Assembly (NCBI GenBank): GCA_018364155.1
Contig: JAGZMM010000003.1
Location: 100,225-164,224 of the forward strand
DNA length: 64,000 nt
Reading direction: 5' to 3'
From: Clostridiales bacterium
GTDB taxonomy: Bacteria > Bacillota > Clostridia > Oscillospirales > Acutalibacteraceae
The notes under the pieces are model-generated. The model searched no databases, had not been told where the DNA came from, and saw only the letters and a program-made list of their open reading frames with translations. Positions 28,233 through 37,553 of this stretch are shown piece after piece. How positions within the stretch are numbered: position 1 is the first letter of the stretch; each line of letters begins with the position of its first letter. The position numbers and the translations under genes were made by a program.

Positions 28233-29573
28233 TTACCAGGGGTATTCCCTGCCGTCGAAACTATGTAACGTGAGGGTATCCTCGTCGGGAAGGTCAAAGA
28301 GAAAATAGCCGAGGGCCAGCTTTGCCCCTTCCTCCGGCTCTAAATCCGCCGCCAGGTTCTTTTCTCCCAGCATATAGGTGCGCAGATACCCCGGATGGTA
28401 GAGACGGAAGGTGTATCCCTTAGGGCGCAGGCAGTGAAACCAAATCTGCACGCCCATGTTCACCGCCGCCTTAGACATGCTATAGCCAAAGGCATTTTGC
28501 CGCCAGCAGGCCCCGATGCTCCCCGCTTCGGAGGACACCACACAAATCCGCCGGCACCCGCTTTTCTCCATCAACGGGGCAAACGCCTCAATGAGCAGGA
28601 CCGGCCCTAAGGCGTTGACCTGATAATCGCGCAGCATCTCGTCAGGATGAAGGCCCTTTTCATAAGAATCGTCCTCGTGACGGCTGTAAATACCGGCGTT
28701 GCTGATGAGCAGGTCCAGCGTTCCTGCGGTGCGGGCGGTAAACGCCTTCGCCGCTTGCAGGCTTTCGGGGCTGGTCACGTCTAAAGGCGTCACCCAGAGG
28801 CGACTTTCAAATTCTTTCGAAAGCTTGGGCAAAAACGAAACCTCAGGATCGTATTCTCCGGCGATGACCTGCCAGTTATGCCGCAAAAGGGCTTCGGTCA
28901 GGCTAAAGCCCAGGCCCCTTCCCGCGCCGGTTACCAGCGCTGTGCCCACCGGCTTCGTGCAAAACCGGATGGCGTTTTCAAGGAGCCTTGTAAAGGCGGG
29001 AACGTTCCAGGACTTCGGGTTATGAGCCGGGGTAATACAGCACACCCGTCCAAACCCCACCCGTTTGGTCCACACCGCAGGCTGGCTGCCGTGCTCGCTT
29101 TCGAGAGTGGCGTGAATCTTCACCTGTGGGTCCGAAAGGCGCATGGTGTAAAACTCGTCGGTGACGGTGAACGGGGAGACGCCGGCGGTCAGCTCGTCCT
29201 CCCCACAGGGGGTCAGCGTCACCGGGCACTGCTTCGGATGGGTCAAAAACACGCCGCCCAACAGCCGTTCCATGCGCTCATTTCCGTCATAGCAGGTACC
29301 CGAATGGACCGCAAGCAGTCCTCCGCCCTCCATTACATAGGTTTCCAGCGCGTCCAGACTTTCCTTGGTCAGCCAAGGCCGTTCATCCTCTATAGACCGC
29401 TGGTCCGACTTGGAGAGCAGCACCAGCTCATAGGACGCAAGCTCCTCTGCGGTGAGCCCTTGTCCATCTTCACAAAACACAAAGGAAACCCCGTCCCTTT
29501 CCAGGGGCAGCAGCCCCTCGCGGACGGTTTCTCCCGCATGATAGGTATCGTCGCAAAGCACTAGGATGCGCAT
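28233..29573 (-). CDS. Fusion protein: ThuA-like (class-I glutamine amidotransferase-like) N-domain plus short-chain dehydrogenase/reductase C-domain
   Basis: N-terminal RILVLCDD...GGLLAVHSG. C-terminal TGAGRGLG Rossmann motif and Y-x3-K (YSMSK). Start at ATG 29571-29573, which has GGAAGG. Confidence 0.75.
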   Translation of the reverse strand: MRILVLCDDTYHAGETVREGLLPLERDGVSFVFCEDGQGLTAEELASYELVLLSKSDQRSIEDERPWLTKESLDALETYVMEGGGLLAVHSGTCYDGNERMERLLGGVFLTHPKQCPVTLTPCGEDELTAGVSPFTVTDEFYTMRLSDPQVKIHATLESEHGSQPAVWTKRVGFGRVCCITPAHNPKSWNVPAFTRLLENAIRFCTKPVGTALVTGAGRGLGFSLTEALLRHNWQVIAGEYDPEVSFLPKLSKEFESRLWVTPLDVTSPESLQAAKAFTARTAGTLDLLISNAGIYSRHEDDSYEKGLHPDEMLRDYQVNALGPVLLIEAFAPLMEKSGCRRICVVSSEAGSIGACWRQNAFGYSMSKAAVNMGVQIWFHCLRPKGYTFRLYHPGYLRTYMLGEKNLAADLEPEEGAKLALGYFLFDLPDEDTLTLHSFDGREYPW

Positions 29574-29739
29574 CAAAACCCTTCCTTTTCCTTCAATTGG
29601 TCTTATTTTATCACCTCGTCGGCTCCAAGGCAATCCTTTTCCGTCGGCGCGTCGGGAAGGCCCATTTTTTCCAGCCTGCTCCTTCTCAGAAAATTCACAG
29701 TTTTTTCACAGACAAGCAATATTAAATGCACGTTCAATA

Positions 29740-29768
29740 TTGACACCATTCCTTCCCAGTGGTATCAT
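29740..29768 (+). promoter_or_regulatory. Promoter of the TetR-MMPL operon with an overlapping palindromic operator candidate
   Basis: TTGACA (29740-45), 17 nt spacer, TATCAT (29763-68). Self-complementary CAATATTG at 29735-29742 and an upstream CAATATT copy at 29717. Confidence 0.4.
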
Positions 29769-29828
29769 AAAGGCGGAAAAATAAACGCTTGTTTAACTTT
29801 CAAATCCACTTTGCCGGAGGTGAATTCT

Positions 29829-30407
29829 ATGCAGGTACAAAAGGACGATGTGCGTAATAAAATCATTGCCGCGGCTACGGAGGAGTTTCTAAACGCCGGC
29901 TATCAGCAGTCGTCCATGCGAAACATCGCCGCCCAGGCCGGCATTACGGTGGGCAACGTCTACGCTTATTTCGGCGGAAAGGACGCGCTTTTTGAGAGCA
30001 TCATCTCTCCGGTGTGGCAGTCTCTCAACCGGCTGATTTCCATCCCGGTGGACACCCAGGACCTGATGACTCTCCCCACCATCAACCAGATCACCGATCT
30101 GATTACTGAAACCTTCCTGGAAAACCGGCCTCAGTTTCTGATTCTGATGAACAAAAGCGCGGGCAGCCCCTATAAGAACGCCCGGGCAGAACTGTCGGCC
30201 CTGGTCAGCGGGCGGCTTTCCCGGGATATTCTTCCCCAGTGCGACCCGCTTCTGGCCGACGCTATGGCAGGCGCCATTCTGGAAGGGATTTTCACGGTGT
30301 TTAACCACTACGGCGGAGATGCAAACCGCCTTCGTACGCTGATCAGTGAGCTTCTGGGCCTTTTGCTCGGAAGCATTCCCTGCAAGTACCCGCCCAAACA
30401 CGAATAG
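29829..30407 (+). CDS. TetR/AcrR-family transcriptional regulator
   Basis: N-terminal HTH AATEEFLNAGYQQSSMRNIAAQAGITVGNVYAYF. GGAGG RBS 8 nt before the ATG. Confidence 0.9.
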   Translation: MQVQKDDVRNKIIAAATEEFLNAGYQQSSMRNIAAQAGITVGNVYAYFGGKDALFESIISPVWQSLNRLISIPVDTQDLMTLPTINQITDLITETFLENRPQFLILMNKSAGSPYKNARAELSALVSGRLSRDILPQCDPLLADAMAGAILEGIFTVFNHYGGDANRLRTLISELLGLLLGSIPCKYPPKHE

Positions 30408-30419
30408 GAGGTGGTCTGA

Positions 30420-32531
30420 TTGGACCGGGTCCTACATTTCATTCTCCACCACCGCATTCTCGTCTGCTCCATTTTTCTGGTGCTGGTGGTGGCAAGTCTC
30501 GTGATGATTCCTCTGGTACAGGTCAATTACGATTTGGCGGAATATCTGCCGGAAGAATCCACCACCAAACAAGCCATTACCGTGCTGGAAGAGGAGTTTA
30601 GCTATCCCGGCACTGCCTCGGTGATGGTGGAAGACGTATCCCTGCGGGAAGCGGCGGACCTGAAAACGAAAATAGAAGGGGTGGAAAACGTATCGGCCGT
30701 GCTTTGGCTCGACTCGGTGGCCGATATTAGTAAGCCCTTGGAATTTATCGACCAAAGCTATCTCGACAGCTACTATAAGGATGGGGCAGCTCTCTATACC
30801 GTCCAGTTCATCGAAGGAAGCTATTCGCCCAAATCGGGCGCCGCCTTAGAGGAAATCCGCACCCTGACCGACAAGCCGCTCTACATTACTGGCGCCGCGG
30901 AGGAAAACCGCAACATGAACAGCGTGATGAACAGGGAAATCACCACCATCGTGCTGGTGGTCATCCCCTTGTGCATCTTGATCCTGATGCTGGCTTCCTC
31001 CACGTGGATTGAGCCGTTCATTCTTTTGTTTGTCATCGGCGTGTCCATCGTCATCAACATGGGCACCAATCTGTTCTTCGGCGAGGTCTCCTTCATTACC
31101 CACGGCATGGCATCCATTTTGCAGCTGGCCATGTCTATGGACTATTCTCTGTTCCTGATGCACCGGTACCTGGAGGAACGAAAGAAAACCGACAGCGTTT
31201 ACGACGCGGTAGTGACCGCTACCAAAGCATCCATCTCCTCCATCGCCGCCTCCAGCCTGACCACGGTGGCGGGCTTTTTGGCGCTGGTGTTCATGCAGTA
31301 TTCCATCGGGACGGACTTAGGATTGGTCCTCGCCAAGGGCATCGTCATCAGCTTTTTGAGCGTCATCATCCTGACCCCCATCATCATCCTGACCATGCAC
31401 AAGGTCATTGAGAAAAGCGCCCACCGCCAGCTGATGCCTCAATTCGGCAAGCTGGGGCGAGGGGTTCTCAAATCCCGGTGGATAATTTTAGGAGTGGTAC
31501 TGGTGTTGCTGGTTCCCTGCTTCCTGGCGCAGAACAGCAATTCCTTCCTCTATGGCGATTCGTCGGGCAGCTCGGCCCAGGGTGAGGTAGCCGTGGCCAA
31601 GCAGAAGGTAGAGGACCGGTTTGGTGTCAGCAATCCTGTCATCCTGCTGGTTCCCAACGACAGCGTGGCCAAGGAAACCCAGCTGGCAAACGAACTATCC
31701 GACATGAATGCAGTGGGAAGCGTGCAGGCTTTGTCCACCATGGCGGATCCGGCGATTCCCCGGGACATGATGCCCCAGGCGGTCCGGGATATGTTCATCT
31801 CCGAGGATTACAGCCGCATGATCGTGTCGCTGAACATCGAAGGGGAATCGGACGCGGTCTTTGCCGCCGTGGAGGACATTAAGGCCGCCGCCCAGCGGTA
31901 CTATCCCGACCAGTGGCTGGCAGCGGGAACCCCCACCAGCGTCCTGGACATCAAGGACACGGTATCGCAGGACATTATGGTGGTCAATCTCTTTTCCATC
32001 CTGGCGGTGGGGCTTATCATCCTGCTGATCCAGCGGTCCCTGTCCATCCCGATCATCCTGATTTTCGCCATTGAAGCGTCCATTTGGATCAACATGAGCG
32101 TACCTTATTTCTCCGGGTCGAAGCTGTTGTTCATCGGGTATCTGGTGGTAAGCTCCCTGCAGCTGGGCGCCACCATTGACTATGCGATTTTGCTCACCAC
32201 CCGCTATACGGAATTCCGGCGCATCCAGCCGCCTCGGGAGGCAGCCGTGTCCGCCATTAAGACGGCCGGGCCCTCGGTGGTCATTTCCGCCCTCATTCTG
32301 GCAACGGCCGGCTTCTCCTACGGGCTTGTGTCCCAAATTGGGTCCATTAGCGAAATCGGCACGCTGCTCGGGCGCGGCGCCGCCCTCTCGGGCGTGCTGG
32401 TCCTCACCCTGCTTCCCATCCTATTGACTCTCCTAGACCCGGTCATCCGGGTGACCACCCTTGGAACGAAGCACTTTTTTAAAGCGCCCTCGCCCCAAAA
32501 ACAAAGCAAAACCAATAAAAAAACGCCATAA
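30420..32531 (+). CDS. MMPL/RND-superfamily transporter
   Basis: 703 aa, 12 TM segments in a 6+6 arrangement, two extracytoplasmic loops. TTG start has GGAGG 9 nt upstream. Confidence 0.85.
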   Translation: MDRVLHFILHHRILVCSIFLVLVVASLVMIPLVQVNYDLAEYLPEESTTKQAITVLEEEFSYPGTASVMVEDVSLREAADLKTKIEGVENVSAVLWLDSVADISKPLEFIDQSYLDSYYKDGAALYTVQFIEGSYSPKSGAALEEIRTLTDKPLYITGAAEENRNMNSVMNREITTIVLVVIPLCILILMLASSTWIEPFILLFVIGVSIVINMGTNLFFGEVSFITHGMASILQLAMSMDYSLFLMHRYLEERKKTDSVYDAVVTATKASISSIAASSLTTVAGFLALVFMQYSIGTDLGLVLAKGIVISFLSVIILTPIIILTMHKVIEKSAHRQLMPQFGKLGRGVLKSRWIILGVVLVLLVPCFLAQNSNSFLYGDSSGSSAQGEVAVAKQKVEDRFGVSNPVILLVPNDSVAKETQLANELSDMNAVGSVQALSTMADPAIPRDMMPQAVRDMFISEDYSRMIVSLNIEGESDAVFAAVEDIKAAAQRYYPDQWLAAGTPTSVLDIKDTVSQDIMVVNLFSILAVGLIILLIQRSLSIPIILIFAIEASIWINMSVPYFSGSKLLFIGYLVVSSLQLGATIDYAILLTTRYTEFRRIQPPREAAVSAIKTAGPSVVISALILATAGFSYGLVSQIGSISEIGTLLGRGAALSGVLVLTLLPILLTLLDPVIRVTTLGTKHFFKAPSPQKQSKTNKKTP

Positions 32532-32576
32532 AGTGAACCATCCGGTAACGCTATCCACACGAAAGGAGCGATTGCG

Positions 32577-34196
32577 ATGAAACGGGTTCTTTCCATCTTG
32601 CTCACCGCGGTGCTGCTGATTACCACCGCTACCTTTGCCTCGGCTTCCACTCCCGCCATAATGCCTGCGGCAGAAACCCAGGCCACCGGCGAAGAGCCGG
32701 CAGCCGATCGCGAGGCTCAAGCCTTGGCGAAGGACGAAACCGTGTACGTCACCCTCAACGCCGACGGAAGTATGGCTTCCATGTATGTGGTCAACCATCT
32801 GGAAACTCCGGCCGACGGGATATACACCGATTACGGCAATTATACCGATATCCAGAATCTGACCGATTCTCAGGAGCCGACGGTAAAGGGGGACGAAATT
32901 TCCTTCACCCGGTCCAAAAGTGAAAAGGGACTTTACTATCAGGGCACCCCGGTTGGCGGCGCGCTTCCCTTTACCTATGCGTTCGAATACGCGCTCGACG
33001 GCAAGCCCATGGATGCGCAGGAGTTGATCGGCAAGTCCGGCAAAGTGGAAATCACCATTAAGGTGCACCCAAATCCGGACGCAAAGCCCTATTTTGCAGA
33101 GAATTATCTGTCCCAGATCCAGCTGCCCTTAAATCTGGACGTCTGCTCGAAGATCAGCGCCCCGGGCGCCACCACCGTCATTGTAGGACGCACCGCCACC
33201 CTCGCCTATATGGCCATGGCTGGGCGGGAAGGCGAATACCACCTTTCCTTTGAAGCCAAGGACTTCTCCATGGACGCCATCAGCATCACCTGCTCGTACT
33301 TCGACATCAACAGCTTTGTGGATGTGGATACCCAGGAAATCAAGGACGCGGTGGGACAGATGTCCGACGCCACCGGCCAGCTTTATGACGGAACTCTCCA
33401 GCTCAAGAAGGGGCTGACCGCTCTGTCCGGCGGGCTCGATCAGCTGGCGGACGGCGCTGCCAAGGCAAAGGATGGAGCCGGGGCCCTCACCGGCGGCATC
33501 GACGAATACACAAACGCGGTGAACGCCCTGTCCGACGGGTGCGACGACATCACCGCTGCAGTCAATTCCTTTGCCGAGCAGGGAGAAAAAATGCTAAGCC
33601 ATTATCGGGACATCAAGGCCCGGGTGGAAGAAGCCCTTTCCTGCGTCCGGGAACTCATTACCACCCTGGTTCCCGAGGAATACCAGCAAAAAGCCATGGA
33701 ACTGCTGCAAAAGGCAGAGGACCAGCTTGCAAGCGTGGATAAAAAGATCAACGAGCTGTCCGACGGCATTCAACAGCTGGTAGGCGGTATTCGTTCTTTA
33801 AACGACGGACTCGCCCAGCTCAAGGCCAACAGCGGTTCGCTTAAAGAGGGCGCTGCTCAGATGCGCGAAGGCTTGACCGCTCTTTCAAACGGGCTCGACC
33901 AGATTTCCTCCCAGAGCGCGGCCATTCCCTCCGAGGTGCAGAAGCTGGCGGACGGCCAGCAGCAGCTGCACGAAGGAATCGGGGAATCCTCTTCTTATTT
34001 GGAGCAGTTCGATTTTCTGGAAAAAAGCGAGGAAGGGAGCACGCCGGTTTCCTTTGTGTCAGATAAAATAGTGCCCAATTCCGTGCAGTTTGTCATCCAG
34101 ACGCCTGCTTTGACCAAGGAAACTCCTAAAGAGGAGGTCCAGGAAGAGGTGGAGGACAAGAACTTTTTCGACCGGCTTTGGGATCTGTTCCGGTAA
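32577..34196 (+). CDS. Secreted protein with an N-terminal beta-rich domain and C-terminal x-x-x-Leu-x-x-Gly heptad repeats
   Basis: Signal peptide MKRVLSILLTAVLLITTATFASAST. Repeats LQLKKGLTALSGGLDQLADGAAKAKDGAGALTGGIDEY... AAGGAG RBS. Confidence 0.7.
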   Translation: MKRVLSILLTAVLLITTATFASASTPAIMPAAETQATGEEPAADREAQALAKDETVYVTLNADGSMASMYVVNHLETPADGIYTDYGNYTDIQNLTDSQEPTVKGDEISFTRSKSEKGLYYQGTPVGGALPFTYAFEYALDGKPMDAQELIGKSGKVEITIKVHPNPDAKPYFAENYLSQIQLPLNLDVCSKISAPGATTVIVGRTATLAYMAMAGREGEYHLSFEAKDFSMDAISITCSYFDINSFVDVDTQEIKDAVGQMSDATGQLYDGTLQLKKGLTALSGGLDQLADGAAKAKDGAGALTGGIDEYTNAVNALSDGCDDITAAVNSFAEQGEKMLSHYRDIKARVEEALSCVRELITTLVPEEYQQKAMELLQKAEDQLASVDKKINELSDGIQQLVGGIRSLNDGLAQLKANSGSLKEGAAQMREGLTALSNGLDQISSQSAAIPSEVQKLADGQQQLHEGIGESSSYLEQFDFLEKSEEGSTPVSFVSDKIVPNSVQFVIQTPALTKETPKEEVQEEVEDKNFFDRLWDLFR

Positions 34197-34330
34197 CCGA
34201 AAGGCTCGGCTAAAGCCGCACGGATAAGCACCCCTTTCGACCAATTTCCAGGCCCGGCTGCAAAGCATTTTCGCAATCCTTCCATTTTGGCGGTAGCTGC
34301 TTGTTCCTTTGACGTTCTACTAAAGAAAAA

Positions 34331-34366
34331 GCTGCGGGCTTTCTTCTTAAGAAGAAAGCCCGCAGC
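34331..34366. terminator. Bidirectional terminator between convergent genes
   Basis: Perfect 16-bp stem gctgcgggctttcttc / gaagaaagcccgcagc with a ttaa loop, flanked by A-rich and T-rich runs. Confidence 0.75.
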
Positions 34367-34384
34367 GCATATTTTCACCCGCTG

Positions 34385-35788
34385 TCAAATGATGGATTCT
34401 AGCTTTGCAAGATAACTCTTTTCCTGCGCGGCAAAGGCATAGTTCATCACCAGCACATCGTCAATCTGATGCTCCCGGACAAAGTCGGTCAGATCGAAGC
34501 TATTGCCGAACACCTTGGATACGTGGCGGGGGTCCACCACATATACCTCGGAATAATGGTCGAGCAGGAAGGGGATGAAGGCATTGCCAAAGGAATCCTT
34601 GGTCATGATGAGCTTCTTGCCGGTGCCGCAGTCGCTGGTAAACTTGATGAGGGCGGCGTCCCCGCAGAAGCAGTCATAGGCGTAGGTGGGATTGTTAAGC
34701 CCAGTCTTCACCGCTTGGATATTATACTGGACGGTATAATTGGCGTCGCCGTAGATTTCTCCATTGTGGGTGCTCAGGGGCACGTAATAATCCAGGTAAT
34801 CCGGGTTATCCCGCACCTTGTCCGACTGAGGATAATTCTTCGCCGCCCGGTAAAGAGTCCCCAGGAAGTTCTCATACCGCCCGGTCTGGTATTCGCTCAA
34901 ATCGTGGGCCTTGAACCCGGCCGATTCGCAGAAAGCCGTGTAGGCATAATAAGCGCCCAGCTGAGTCCAGTGATGGTCGGAGCGGAAATAGATGTATTCG
35001 TCGGTATGGTTTCGAAGCTTGCCGTAGGCGTTGACCTGGATGACATCGTCCGACAGGTTTTCCTTGAGAATTTCCAGCGTACGAAGCTGGGACTTGTTTC
35101 CGGTGTGATACTGATTGGGCGAGTAGAACTCCACCGACGTAGGCGCGGTTAAGGAGAACACCCTGCATTCCGGAAGCTGTTCTTTGATGGAATTGACCAG
35201 CTGCGCATGGATGGGTAAATAGGTGGGGCTGACGGTATACTGCTCCATAATCCGGTCTTTCAGGATGATGGTGTAGTTTTCCTTCACTTCTGCGTCCGCG
35301 TTTCCGTCGATATCCACGGGGGTGTTGTTGTCCGGCTCGGAGGATGCCTCCGAGGAGGAAGGACTTTCCGGGGAGCTGGACGGGTCGCTTTCAGAGGACA
35401 CCTGGGAGGAAGACGGTGCTTCACTTTCCTCATCGCCGCCGATGCCGGCCTGGTTTCCTTTGATGATGGTCATATCGTCCCCGGTGGGCACGAAATAAAG
35501 GTTATTGAGAAACTTATTGACCGACAAGAACATGTTGCGGAAAGGAAACTGGTCGGTATAATACGCGTCGAGCTTCTGAAAGTATTCGCCGGAGAAGAGG
35601 GAGGAAAAGGAGAAGGACGGCCATTGGGCCAGCTCCCGGTTCTCATCCTGCGAAACCTCGGCTTTCCCGTCCACCAAAGATACGGCGCCGAGGAAAATCA
35701 GCGGGACCACAAAGGTCAGGCACAAAATGCTGGTGAATAGGTTGCGGCGCTGCCGCCGGGCTTCTTTTTCAAGCTGTAAATCACGCAT
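34385..35788 (-). CDS. DHHW-family protein (AlgX/AlgJ-like SGNH partner of MBOAT O-acyltransferases)
   Basis: N-terminal TM anchor, Ser/Pro/Glu-rich linker, and FRSDHHWTQLGAYYAY (DHHW motif). Confidence 0.8.
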   Translation of the reverse strand: MRDLQLEKEARRQRRNLFTSILCLTFVVPLIFLGAVSLVDGKAEVSQDENRELAQWPSFSFSSLFSGEYFQKLDAYYTDQFPFRNMFLSVNKFLNNLYFVPTGDDMTIIKGNQAGIGGDEESEAPSSSQVSSESDPSSSPESPSSSEASSEPDNNTPVDIDGNADAEVKENYTIILKDRIMEQYTVSPTYLPIHAQLVNSIKEQLPECRVFSLTAPTSVEFYSPNQYHTGNKSQLRTLEILKENLSDDVIQVNAYGKLRNHTDEYIYFRSDHHWTQLGAYYAYTAFCESAGFKAHDLSEYQTGRYENFLGTLYRAAKNYPQSDKVRDNPDYLDYYVPLSTHNGEIYGDANYTVQYNIQAVKTGLNNPTYAYDCFCGDAALIKFTSDCGTGKKLIMTKDSFGNAFIPFLLDHYSEVYVVDPRHVSKVFGNSFDLTDFVREHQIDDVLVMNYAFAAQEKSYLAKLESII

Positions 35789-35803
35789 ATGCTCCTTCCC
35801 TCC

Positions 35804-37234
35804 TTAAAACCGAAAATAGAGAAACGGGTTGTAGCTCTGCCCCACCAGGGACGCGGTGCAGAAGAAGAGCACGCCCGCCATATACACAAAGTTCAGCGAA
35901 AACTGCACCGCCATACCGGCGTTGCCCTTTTGCTGTCCCACATAATTGACCAGCTTCTTGACGTACTTGGATAGCGGCAGGCAGGCGATCACCGCAATGA
36001 CTGCAAACAGGGAATTGTTGATAATGATCGTCTGAGAGGTGGTGTCGATCAGTCCGTTGGGGCTTGCAAAGAAGAAACTTTGGAAGAAGGTCCCCAGCTG
36101 GCCAAGATCGGTGAAATAGAAGAAGGCCCAGCCGATCAGGACCACCAAAAGCGAATAAGGCCGCTTGACATACCAAGGCATCTGCTCCATCTTCCCCTTG
36201 AGGATCACCTTTTCAAAGAAGAGGAACACAAAGTAGTAAAGCCCCCAGAGGACAAAGTTCCAGCTGGCCCCGTGCCACAGGCCTGTCAGCGACCAGACGA
36301 TCAAAAGGTTTAACACCAGATGCCTGCGGTTGCCGCCCAAGGGAATGTACACGTAATCCCGGAAAAAGGAACTCAGGGAAATGTGCCAGCGTCTCCAGAA
36401 ATCGGTGATGGATGTGCAGATATAGGGATAATTGAAGTTCTCCGGATAGGTAAACCCGAAGATTTTGCCAAGGCCGATGGCCATGTCGGAATAGCCGGAG
36501 AAATCAAAGTAGATCTGGATGGCGAAGAGAAAAATGCCAAACCAAGCGCCCGCCGTGGTCAGCTCAGACAGGTTGCTCGAAAGCAGCTGCTGGCACACCG
36601 ATCCGGCGTAGTTGGCGATGAGCACCTTTTTGGCAAGGCCGGTCAAAAACCGGATGGCTCCGTTTTTAAAGCCGGAAAGAGTGGTGGTACGGTTATCGAT
36701 CTGCTCGGCTACGTCCGTGTATCGCACAATAGGACCCGCGATCAACTGCGGAAACAGCGAAACATAGAGCAGAAAGCTGGAAAACTTCTTCTGTGCTTTG
36801 GTATTCCCGCGGTAGACGTCGATGGTGTAGCTCAAGGTCTGGAAGGTATAGAAAGAAATGCCGATGGGCAGCGCGAACTCGGCAAAGGGCAGGTGTGCGG
36901 AAAAGAGCCCATTGATGCTCTGAATGAAAAAGGCCGAGTATTTAAACACGCCCAAAAGCCCCAAGTTGATCACAATGGAAGCAATCAGGGCCATTTTCGC
37001 ATACTTCGTGCCCCGGTTTGCTTCGATGATGCGGCCGTTAAAGTAATCCACAAAGCCGGAAAAGATCAGCAGGGTCACCCATACCGGTTCGCCCCAGGCG
37101 TAAAAGAGCAGGGAAAGGACCAGAAGGATGATATTTTTGACCTTCATTTTTCTTGCCAAAAAATACAAGATCAGGCAAACAGGCAAAAACAGGTAGAGGA
37201 AAATCAAGCTGGAAAAGACCATGGAAACATCCAT
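35804..37234 (-). CDS. MBOAT-family membrane-bound O-acyltransferase (AlgI/DltB-like)
   Basis: Multi-TM protein with conserved MBOAT His region (WRRWHISLS). Start is uncertain: ATG at 37234 or 37222. The track start at 37399 is an over-extended TTG. Confidence 0.8.
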   Translation of the reverse strand: MDVSMVFSSLIFLYLFLPVCLILYFLARKMKVKNIILLVLSLLFYAWGEPVWVTLLIFSGFVDYFNGRIIEANRGTKYAKMALIASIVINLGLLGVFKYSAFFIQSINGLFSAHLPFAEFALPIGISFYTFQTLSYTIDVYRGNTKAQKKFSSFLLYVSLFPQLIAGPIVRYTDVAEQIDNRTTTLSGFKNGAIRFLTGLAKKVLIANYAGSVCQQLLSSNLSELTTAGAWFGIFLFAIQIYFDFSGYSDMAIGLGKIFGFTYPENFNYPYICTSITDFWRRWHISLSSFFRDYVYIPLGGNRRHLVLNLLIVWSLTGLWHGASWNFVLWGLYYFVFLFFEKVILKGKMEQMPWYVKRPYSLLVVLIGWAFFYFTDLGQLGTFFQSFFFASPNGLIDTTSQTIIINNSLFAVIAVIACLPLSKYVKKLVNYVGQQKGNAGMAVQFSLNFVYMAGVLFFCTASLVGQSYNPFLYFRF

Positions 37235-37553
37235 TCTGCCGCTGCCGCAGGCGGCAAATGTGCGAGCGGTTTTCTCGGCCGGATTAAAAAACCGCCAGTT
37301 CTTCCGCCTGGTTTCAACTCTCCACCTGAAACTCAATAAAAGAATCTTGCAGACAGGGGATTCTCGAAGCCTGGAGCAAAAAAACGACACATGACTCAAT
37401 CATTAAAACATGCCTGCGCTGTATTTTCAATAGCTTGTCCGGTTAAAAAAGAATTACAAAACAAGTATTACAAGTCGGATGCAAACCACAGGCCATTCAC
37501 TTTTTTTCTTACCGATTGCAACCCAGAAAAAATTCGTGAAAGTGTGAAGCCAT

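Noticed and set aside
32577-34196. Considered whether the heptad-repeat protein is a fragment or pseudogene of a YhgE/Pip gene
   Set aside because: It has its own strong RBS, a signal peptide and an intact reading frame. Its N-terminal domain does not resemble the YhgE N-terminus. Treated as an independent gene.
36320-37339. 339-aa plus-strand ORF
   Set aside because: Antisense to the MBOAT gene.
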